A stretch of DNA of 64,000 bases from Chitinophagaceae bacterium (GTDB lineage Bacteria; Bacteroidota; Bacteroidia; Chitinophagales; Chitinophagaceae): NCBI GenBank assembly GCA_004028765.1, contig SAIX01000038.1, forward strand, positions 6,507 to 70,506, in the 5' to 3' direction. Made by a program: the position numbers and the translations under genes. Position 1 is the stretch's first letter. The number at the start of each line of letters is the position of its first letter. Positions 10,193-16,872 of this stretch are shown here, in pieces. The notes beneath the pieces are model-generated. The model was given only the letters and a program-made list of their open reading frames with translations, made no database searches and had not been told where the DNA came from.

Positions 10193-10846
10193 TTAAATTT
10201 TTCTTTTTGCTTCAGCCCAAACATTCACTTTGCCATTGGTGGCACCCAGTAATGATTTGGGGAATTCCAGTACGATGCTCATTACATTGGTTCCTTTGAA
10301 GCTGTCGTTTCCGGGATTATTGAAAGAAGTTGCAGTTCCGGCAAGGATTTTTTTGAACTGGTCGAGGTCAAAAAAGAAAGGATCATCTCTCGGGCCGGCA
10401 AATGCCATAAAATTATTCTGTGAGGCGATGATGGCATTCTGTCCGTACGGAGTTACCCCCACGCTGATGGTTTGTGCACCTTCCACCACACTCTTACTGC
10501 CTGTCATTGAAGGCTTAATGGGGCCATAAACATACATGGTATTATTGTTGAACACACACTGTACCACCAGGTCTTCCACATTGTCACCATTGTTATCGAT
10601 GTTGAGTTCGATCATGGTGTTGTTGTCGAATGCGGCAGAAGCCGTTGCAGATGGTGTGAGCAGGCCCTGTGTGTTGATAACAAAAGCCATGTTGTTTGTG
10701 TTTTGTCCCTGGAAAGCATATACATCCGTGATATCGGTTGTTTTACCGGTAACAGCGGGTGTGTCGGCGTGGTCGGCTGCCATTACGATGCCTGCGGTGA
10801 TAAGACAGGCGCCCAGCAGGGCGAACAGGATTTTTTTTGTTTTCAT
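10193..10846 (-). CDS. DUF4331-family secreted protein (resembles the N-terminal half of long DUF4331 proteins)
   Basis: Sec signal peptide then ADHADTP; DITDVYAF; FAGPRDDPFFFDL; FKGTNVMSIVLE. Confidence 0.8.
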   Translation of the reverse strand: MKTKKILFALLGACLITAGIVMAADHADTPAVTGKTTDITDVYAFQGQNTNNMAFVINTQGLLTPSATASAAFDNNTMIELNIDNNGDNVEDLVVQCVFNNNTMYVYGPIKPSMTGSKSVVEGAQTISVGVTPYGQNAIIASQNNFMAFAGPRDDPFFFDLDQFKKILAGTATSFNNPGNDSFKGTNVMSIVLEFPKSLLGATNGKVNVWAEAKRKI

Positions 10847-10885
10847 ACTGTTGATTTTAATTTTTTTAAGATATGTGCTGAGAAA

Positions 10886-10910
10886 TACGAAGCGTTTTTC
10901 CCGCCGGATT
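10886..10910 (-). promoter_or_regulatory. Putative ECF-sigma promoter AATCC-N16-CGTA for the DUF4331-TBDR-HupE operon
   Basis: Minus strand: AATCC (10910-10906), 16-nt spacer, CGTA (10889-10886), 39 nt before the ATG. Confidence 0.7.
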
Positions 10911-10959
10911 TGATTTTCTGCGAATTATTTTTTTTTTCAAAAAAAAGTGGCTGCACATA

Positions 10960-10984
10960 AATCCGAATGAAAAAGCCTGCCGTA
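10960..10984 (+). promoter_or_regulatory. Putative ECF-sigma promoter AATCC-N16-CGTA, divergent, driving a small RNA candidate
   Basis: AATCC 10960-10964, spacer GAATGAAAAAGCCTGC, CGTA 10981-10984. Confidence 0.65.
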
Positions 10985-10989
10985 TATGC

Positions 10990-11130
10990 GTCGTTGAAAA
11001 GGAAACCTGCTTACCCGCTTTTACGGAATGTGCAGGATGGTGGTTCATGCAAATGCATTGTAAACCAATCTGCCTTTTCGTAAGGTTGTATCAAGGTTGA
11101 AACCCGTCCGTTCCCGGACGGGTATTTTCA
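10990..11130 (+). ncRNA. Candidate structured small RNA (or 17-aa small ORF at 11047-11100)
   Basis: Bounded by the ECF-like promoter and a 9-bp terminator stem, with internal hairpins at 11006-11036 and 11041-11067. No long ORF. Ends are approximate. Confidence 0.5.
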
Positions 11131-11134
11131 TTTT
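11102..11134 (+). terminator. Intrinsic terminator of the sRNA candidate
   Basis: ACCCGTCCG-TTCC-CGGACGGGT followed by ATTTTCATTTT. Confidence 0.7.
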
Positions 11135-11162
11135 GCTCCCGCGGCTGAAAACAATATCTTTG
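11132..11162 (+). promoter_or_regulatory. Bacteroidota sigma-A promoter of the nusB operon
   Basis: TTTG (11132-11135), 19 nt, TATCTTTG (11155-11162): canonical -33/-7 geometry. Confidence 0.75.
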
Positions 11163-11186
11163 CCGCTTCCAACTAAGTTCTTACCA

Positions 11187-12119
11187 ATGATCAGTAGAAG
11201 AAATATCCGCGTGAAAGTGATGCAGATGCTGTACATGATGGAAGCGGCTGATACCACAACGGTTTTTAAAAACCCGGTTGCCGAATTGCAGAAGCAACTC
11301 GATAAAAGCCGTGAACTCTTTGTTTATTTATTGTATTTCCTGGCAGAAGTGGCCCGTTATGCGGAAACGGATGCACAGCAGCGTGCTTCGCGTAACCTTC
11401 CCACCGAGGCAGATCTGAACGTTAACACCAAGATCGCCGGGAACCAGTTTTTGTGGATGATCCTCGAAAATGAAGGCTTCCGTAAAGCAGTGGAAAAAGA
11501 CCTGCCGCAGAAACAGCTTGACAAGGACCTGGTAAAACAGGTTTATAACGAACTGGCAGGGCATCCCAAATACCAGGAATACATTGCCGTACAGGGTAGG
11601 GAAAAGGCAAAGGAAAAAGAGATCATGAAACTGATCTTTACGCAACTGATGCTGCCCAATGAATCATTTATCGCACATCTTGAAGAACTCTACACCAACT
11701 GGGATGATGATGCGGATATGATGGATCAGCTGATGATGAACTATTTTCAGAAACCCGGCGGTTATAACCTGCTGGAAATGCTGAGCCCGGAAAAATGGGA
11801 ATTCGCAAGGTCACTGCTTATCACTACGCTCGAGAAAAAGGAATACTGCACTGAACTGATCAAACCCAAATTAAAGAACTGGGATTCTGAACGGATCGCG
11901 CAGCTTGACATGGTACTGATGCGGATGGGGGTTTGTGAACTGCTGTATTTTGAAACCATTCCCACAAAGGTTACGATCAACGAATACATCGACCTGGCCA
12001 AAGAATACAGCACGCCGCAAAGCGGCCAGTTTGTAAATGGTATCCTGGATAATATCCATAAAGAAATGATGGAAGCCGGTAAAATCCATAAAGTGAACTT
12101 TAAGAATAAACAGGCATGA
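11187..12119 (+). CDS. nusB: Transcription antitermination factor NusB (long Bacteroidota type)
   Basis: MISRRNIRVKVMQ; NWDSERIAQLD, INEYIDLAKEYS, FVNGILD. Start moved to 11187. Confidence 0.95.
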   Translation: MISRRNIRVKVMQMLYMMEAADTTTVFKNPVAELQKQLDKSRELFVYLLYFLAEVARYAETDAQQRASRNLPTEADLNVNTKIAGNQFLWMILENEGFRKAVEKDLPQKQLDKDLVKQVYNELAGHPKYQEYIAVQGREKAKEKEIMKLIFTQLMLPNESFIAHLEELYTNWDDDADMMDQLMMNYFQKPGGYNLLEMLSPEKWEFARSLLITTLEKKEYCTELIKPKLKNWDSERIAQLDMVLMRMGVCELLYFETIPTKVTINEYIDLAKEYSTPQSGQFVNGILDNIHKEMMEAGKIHKVNFKNKQA

Positions 12120-12562
12120 AAAAATTCCCCTTCCTGCTTGTAACTGTTTTCTCTGTGATCCTGTTCCTGCAAAGCTGTGAGGAAAACAACGGTAATCCGG
12201 CTGCCGGTGCCGTAATGGCCGACAGCACCCGCTTTACGAGCATACAGTGGATCGATTCGATCGTGAATTTCGGAACCATCAATAAAGGTGAGCAGATCAA
12301 AGTGGCATTCCATTTCCGCAATACGGGTAACCAGCCGCTTTTTCTCGCCAGTGTCAGGGCCGGTTGTGGTTGTACCGTTCCGGAATACAGCAAAGAAGCC
12401 ATTGCCCCTGGTAAAGAGGGTACCGTAACCGGGGCTTTCGACAGTAACAAAGCCCATGCAGGCGAAGTACGGAAAACGATTTTCGTCACAACAAATACAA
12501 AGGGGAAAACGGCGCATACACTTATCTTTACCGGCCAGATCCGGGAAGCGGCAGCGCAATAA
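12116..12562 (+). CDS. DUF1573-domain lipoprotein
   Basis: Lipobox LQS-C; FRNTGNQPL and AGCGCTVP motifs; usual position between nusB and yajC. Confidence 0.85.
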   Translation: MKKFPFLLVTVFSVILFLQSCEENNGNPAAGAVMADSTRFTSIQWIDSIVNFGTINKGEQIKVAFHFRNTGNQPLFLASVRAGCGCTVPEYSKEAIAPGKEGTVTGAFDSNKAHAGEVRKTIFVTTNTKGKTAHTLIFTGQIREAAAQ

Positions 12563-12603
12563 GCGGCCGGATCTTATCAATCAAAACACTAAAACACAAT
12601 AGC

Positions 12604-12933
12604 ATGACAAATCTGAATTTCGTTTTACTGCAGGCAGCGCCCGGTGGCGGTGGAGGAATGGTGCAACTGGTACTGATGGGCGGCATCATCCTGGTATTCT
12701 GGTTATTTATGATCCGCCCGCAGGCGAAAAAAGCAAAGGACCAGAAAAAATTTGTTGACAATATGCAGAAAGGCGATAAAGTGGTTACTATCGCAGGTAT
12801 CCATGGCACCATCAGCAAGATCAATGAAGACAATACCCTGCAATTAGAGGTTAGCCCCGGCAGTTACCTGAAAATCGAAAAATCTTCCATCAGCATGGAA
12901 TGGTCACAGGCACTCGCAAAAGCGAATGCATAA
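12604..12933 (+). CDS. yajC: Preprotein translocase subunit YajC
   Basis: One TM, then FMIRPQAKK and KGDKVVTIAGIHG. Confidence 0.95.
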   Translation: MTNLNFVLLQAAPGGGGGMVQLVLMGGIILVFWLFMIRPQAKKAKDQKKFVDNMQKGDKVVTIAGIHGTISKINEDNTLQLEVSPGSYLKIEKSSISMEWSQALAKANA

Positions 12934-12953
12934 CCGATTAATATTTTATCCTG

Positions 12954-12984
12954 AACCGGGTTTCCTGTAAACCCGGTTTTTTTA
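12954..12984 (+). terminator. Intrinsic terminator after yajC
   Basis: AACCGGGTTT-CCTGT-AAACCCGGTT plus T-run. Confidence 0.8.
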
Positions 12985-13011
12985 TACCCGAAAGCAGCGT
13001 AACTTTCTTTT

Positions 13012-13611
13012 ATGGCATTGCGTATCGGATTAACGGGCGGCATCGGCAGTGGAAAATCCACGGTCGCGGGTATTTTCAAAGTGCTGGGTATCCCTGTATT
13101 TGATGCCGATGCAGTGGCGAAAGAAATCATGCACAGCGATCCGGTTTTAATACAATCGATCATAGATCATTTTGGCAGCGATCTTTATGTAAATGGGATC
13201 CTTGACAGAAAAAAAATGGCTTCCATCGTTTTTGCTGATCCGCACCAGTTAGAAATACTCAATGCATTGGTTCATCCCCGAACCATCGCTGCGGCTGAAA
13301 ACTGGGCTTTGCAGCAAAACACAGCTTATACGGTAAAAGAAGCCGCACTTTTTTTTGAAGCGGGATCGGCTACAGGAATCGATTATATGATCGGGGTATA
13401 TGCACCCAAACACCTCCGGATTAAAAGGGCCATGCAGCGCGACCAGGTTAGCAGGGAAGAAGTGCTCGCAAGAATGGGTAGGCAGATAGCCGAAGAGATT
13501 AAAATGCGGCTCTGCGATTTTGTAATTGTAAACGATGAACAATCCCTGCTGATACCACAGGTGATAAAACTGCACGAACAGTTTCTGGAACTCGCAAAAC
13601 AGGACGCATGA
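13012..13611 (+). CDS. coaE: Dephospho-CoA kinase
   Basis: IGLTGGIGSGKST P-loop, DADAVA, HP..I, RAMQRD. Confidence 0.95.
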   Translation: MALRIGLTGGIGSGKSTVAGIFKVLGIPVFDADAVAKEIMHSDPVLIQSIIDHFGSDLYVNGILDRKKMASIVFADPHQLEILNALVHPRTIAAAENWALQQNTAYTVKEAALFFEAGSATGIDYMIGVYAPKHLRIKRAMQRDQVSREEVLARMGRQIAEEIKMRLCDFVIVNDEQSLLIPQVIKLHEQFLELAKQDA

Positions 13612-13967
13612 ACAAAGTGAACCTTGTTGAAAAATTTAATTCCGTGACCGGCTACTGGAACCCGCATGTTGTGGGCGAACTGAACGGCCAGCAGGTGAAA
13701 CTGGTGAAATTCAAAGGCCCTTTTACCTGGCACCACCATGAAAACGAAGATGAAATGTTTTATGTGGTGAAAGGCTCGTTTGTGATGGAACTGCGCGACG
13801 GGGATATTAAATTAAACGAAGGCGACTTTCTCATCATACCCCGAAAAACAGAACACAGGCCCCATGCTGCCGAAGAAGTGTGGGTGATGTTATTTGAACC
13901 TGCTTCAACACTGAATACGGGAAATGTGGAGAATGATTTGACACAAAAAACGTTAAAACACATCTGA
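13608..13967 (+). CDS. Cupin-domain protein
   Basis: FTWHHHENEDEMFYV and EHRP cupin motifs; ATGA overlap with coaE. Confidence 0.85.
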   Translation: MNKVNLVEKFNSVTGYWNPHVVGELNGQQVKLVKFKGPFTWHHHENEDEMFYVVKGSFVMELRDGDIKLNEGDFLIIPRKTEHRPHAAEEVWVMLFEPASTLNTGNVENDLTQKTLKHI

Positions 13968-14006
13968 ACCCTTTTTTTTGCAGGATAATCAATAACCCGG
14001 TCACTT

Positions 14007-15245
14007 ATGCAATTCCCCCGATTGCCAGAGAATGAAGCGGAAAGGATACTTGAGCTTCAGCGATATGAAATTTTGAATACACAATCCGAAGAGGATTTTG
14101 ATGAGATCGTACGGCTGGCCTCTGAAATATGCCAGGTGCCGATTTCCACGATCACCCTGATTGATGCATACAGGCAATGGCATAAAGCAAAAGTTGGACT
14201 GGAGGATAACGAAGGCGACCGGAATATTACTTTTTGCGGTCACACGATCCTGGAAGATGATATCATGGAAGTGGAAGATGCCATGCAGGACGACCGTTTT
14301 TTTGACAACCCGCTGGTTTTATCCGATCCGCATATCCGGTTTTATGCAGGCATACCCATTGTAAGCAGCAGGGGATATAAGATCGGGACCCTTTGTGTGA
14401 TTGACAGGGTGCCGCGAAAACTTTCCGCCAGCCAGTTATTCGCCCTGCGCGTATTGGCAAAACAGGTGATCAAATTATTTGAACTCCGCCTGAAAAATAA
14501 GGAGATCCATGAACAGAAAACGATGTTGGATGCACAATCGAAGCAGCTCTCTGAGTTAAGTGCTGTTCAGAATAAGATAATTTCTATTATTTCGCATGAT
14601 ATCCGGGGGCCGATCGCATCACTCAGCCAATTATTGAACTTGCAAAAAGCGGGCGCACTTTCAACCATTGAAAAACAAATTCTCCAGGATAATGCACAGG
14701 AACAGGTTGGCAAAACATTGAATTTGCTTACGAACCTTGTGGAATGGGCAGCGCTCCTGCGTAACCAGTCAGAACCCGAATACAAACCTGTACAGATCGA
14801 AAGCCTTGTTAGCCGGGAGATCAAAACGCAGGAACTATCGCTGGCAGCCAAACAGAATACGGTTGAAGTCAACATACCTTTCGGGATAACGGTTTTGAGC
14901 GATGAGAATATGTTATCGTTTATCATCCGGAACCTTGTCAGCAATGCCAATAAATTCACCAGTGCAGGAAGTATTGCCATTGTTGTGGAAAATGCCGGTT
15001 CAGAAATAAAAATCAGTGTGAGCGATACAGGGGTGGGAATGAATGAGGAACAGGTGCAACGGCTTTTTAAGGTGGATAAACGATTCAGCCGGCCTGGTAC
15101 ATCCAACGAAACCGGGAGCGGGCTGGGACTGATCCTTATCAAAGAGTTTGTTTCGAAACTTGGTGGTGTACTGCAGGTGGCGAGTCAGGCGGAAAAAGGC
15201 ACCACTGTTATGTTTACCTTGCCGGTTAATGCCAATGAATCATAA
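14007..15245 (+). CDS. Cytoplasmic GAF-domain sensor histidine kinase
   Basis: GAF (FCGHTI, RFYAGIPI, GTLCVID); H-box ISHDIRGP; N-box NLVSNANKFT; G-boxes DTGVGM and GSGLGL. Confidence 0.92.
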   Translation: MQFPRLPENEAERILELQRYEILNTQSEEDFDEIVRLASEICQVPISTITLIDAYRQWHKAKVGLEDNEGDRNITFCGHTILEDDIMEVEDAMQDDRFFDNPLVLSDPHIRFYAGIPIVSSRGYKIGTLCVIDRVPRKLSASQLFALRVLAKQVIKLFELRLKNKEIHEQKTMLDAQSKQLSELSAVQNKIISIISHDIRGPIASLSQLLNLQKAGALSTIEKQILQDNAQEQVGKTLNLLTNLVEWAALLRNQSEPEYKPVQIESLVSREIKTQELSLAAKQNTVEVNIPFGITVLSDENMLSFIIRNLVSNANKFTSAGSIAIVVENAGSEIKISVSDTGVGMNEEQVQRLFKVDKRFSRPGTSNETGSGLGLILIKEFVSKLGGVLQVASQAEKGTTVMFTLPVNANES

Positions 15246-15585
15246 AAATATAATTGCGCTTTCGGTACTCATCCTCGTAATGGCTGTCCTTGCTTTTTTC
15301 CTTCTCGAATGGATGATCCCTAAAACCGCGGCATTCAGTATCCCCAGCAGGTGGAAGCGGGTGCCTGTACGTGAAAAAAGATTTACAGCAAGAAACTATT
15401 ACGGCCTCCCGACCGATTCATCGGCAGAACGCGATGGTTGGGAAGATGGAACAAAAAACAAAACCTTCCGGTTGAATATCTATTATAATTCCGACAGTAT
15501 CGCTACATCCTATTCCATTCATTACCGTTACCGGAAAGGCTGGCTGCAGAGAAGTTATTTACTGGATACTTTTAGTTTGAAATAG
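15235..15585 (+). CDS. Hypothetical protein with an N-terminal membrane anchor
   Basis: ATG at 15235 overlaps the kinase stop; one hydrophobic helix then an aromatic-rich soluble part. Confidence 0.6.
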   Translation: MNHKNIIALSVLILVMAVLAFFLLEWMIPKTAAFSIPSRWKRVPVREKRFTARNYYGLPTDSSAERDGWEDGTKNKTFRLNIYYNSDSIATSYSIHYRYRKGWLQRSYLLDTFSLK

Positions 15586-15609
15586 GATTTCCTGATCATA
15601 TAAAAGTAG

Positions 15610-15637
15610 TTTGACTTTTTATTTTTGATTTTTGACT
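15610..15637. repeat. Heptamer array (TTTGACT/TTTGATT), 4 units
   Basis: tttgact-ttttatt-tttgatt-tttgact between convergent stops. Confidence 0.6.
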
Positions 15638-15670
15638 TATCACAAAAGATTTACTCTTACAGCCCCTTGC

Positions 15671-16621
15671 TCACTTCACGATCCTGTAGCACCAACGCTT
15701 CAGTTTACCTTCAAAATCAAACGGTGTGGTGGCTTTTGTAATGTCTTTGATTTCTGATGCATGAATGGCACCGGAATCGAGTACAAATTTTGTGAAATTC
15801 GTGCTGAAGAAAAGGGTACCGCCCGTAACCATGGCCTGCAAAGTATCATTGATCAGTTCTGCATGGTCGCGCTGGATATCGAGAAAATCTTTCATCCTTT
15901 TGCTGTTGCTGAAGGTAGGCGGATCCATGATTACCAGATCAAAGCTACCCGGTTGAAGCGTTTTGAGGTATTGTTTTACATCGGCATGGATAAAATGGTA
16001 ACGGTTTTTGTCTTTGAAATGATTGATCACAAAATTATCTTCTGCCCAGGCCAGGTAGGTTTTGGAAAGGTCTACCGAAGTAACGGTTTTCGCACCTGCG
16101 GCAGCAGCATACACAGAAAAAGAACCGGTATAACAAAACAGGTTCAGTACGCGCTTGTCAACGGCCATTTCACGTACCATCTGCCTTGTAATCCGGTGAT
16201 CGAGAAAAAGACCCGTATCCAGGTAATCCGTAAGGTTTACCTGGAATTTTAATCCGTTTTCCAGAACGGTGATGTATTCCTGTTGGGTACTTACTTTTTC
16301 ATATTGGTCTTCTTCGCGGTGCGACATCCGTTTCCGCTGCCGGATATACATTTTTGAAACCGGGACCGCAACCACTTCGCTGATCACCTGTAAACAGGAT
16401 TGCAGCCAGCCATCATGTGCTTCTTCTTCCATTCCATGTTTGCGCAGGTATTCAGCTACATAGATATTCTCCTCGTATAATTCGATACATAGCGGGAATT
16501 CGGGCAGGTCGTGGTCGTAGATCCTGTAACAGGATACCTGTTGCCGCTTTGCAGTTTTTGCCTTGTGTTTGAATACTTTGTTCAACCGGTTGCGGAACAT
16601 TTCCAGTTTGGCATCGCTCAT
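15671..16621 (-). CDS. RlmK-like class I SAM-dependent rRNA methyltransferase (stand-alone C-terminal half of RlmKL type)
   Basis: YRIYDHDLPE, DTGLFLDHR, LNLFCYTGSFS, DPPTFSNSK. Confidence 0.85.
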   Translation of the reverse strand: MSDAKLEMFRNRLNKVFKHKAKTAKRQQVSCYRIYDHDLPEFPLCIELYEENIYVAEYLRKHGMEEEAHDGWLQSCLQVISEVVAVPVSKMYIRQRKRMSHREEDQYEKVSTQQEYITVLENGLKFQVNLTDYLDTGLFLDHRITRQMVREMAVDKRVLNLFCYTGSFSVYAAAAGAKTVTSVDLSKTYLAWAEDNFVINHFKDKNRYHFIHADVKQYLKTLQPGSFDLVIMDPPTFSNSKRMKDFLDIQRDHAELINDTLQAMVTGGTLFFSTNFTKFVLDSGAIHASEIKDITKATTPFDFEGKLKRWCYRIVK

Positions 16622-16646
16622 GCTGCAAAGTAAAGGGATGGGGAGA

Positions 16647-16799
16647 AGAGTTGATGGGGTTGCGGGGGTTAAAGAAGTGAAAAGGGTTAAAAAAGGGTAA
16701 AGTAGTTAAAGAGGTTAAAATGGTTAAAGTGAGGAATGTCCGTAGATCACATATTCCGAAAACAATTTTAGCGACCTTGATTTTTAACCCTTTCAACCA
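16647..16799. repeat. Nonamer array (NNGGTTAAA, ~9 units) with a distal inverted arm
   Basis: Units include ggggttaaa, agggttaaa, gtagttaaa, gaggttaaa, atggttaaa. TTTTTAACCCT (16781-16791) is the reverse complement of 16683-16693. Confidence 0.75.
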
Positions 16800-16872
16800 A
16801 TCTCCGCCATCCACCATATTTACTTTTTTCCTCTTCTCAAGCTGATTATATTTAAACACTAAAAACAACTGC

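Noticed and set aside
10171-10224. Frameshift joining the two DUF4331 ORFs into one protein
   Set aside because: The second gene has its own ATG, basic n-region, hydrophobic core and lipobox, so it is a separate exported protein.
9546-11100. Cobalamin or NiCo riboswitch ahead of the TBDR/HupE operon
   Set aside because: No recognisable B12-box or GCCACTG/GGGAA pattern. The leader after the putative promoter is only about 39 nt, and the structured segment lies on the opposite strand.
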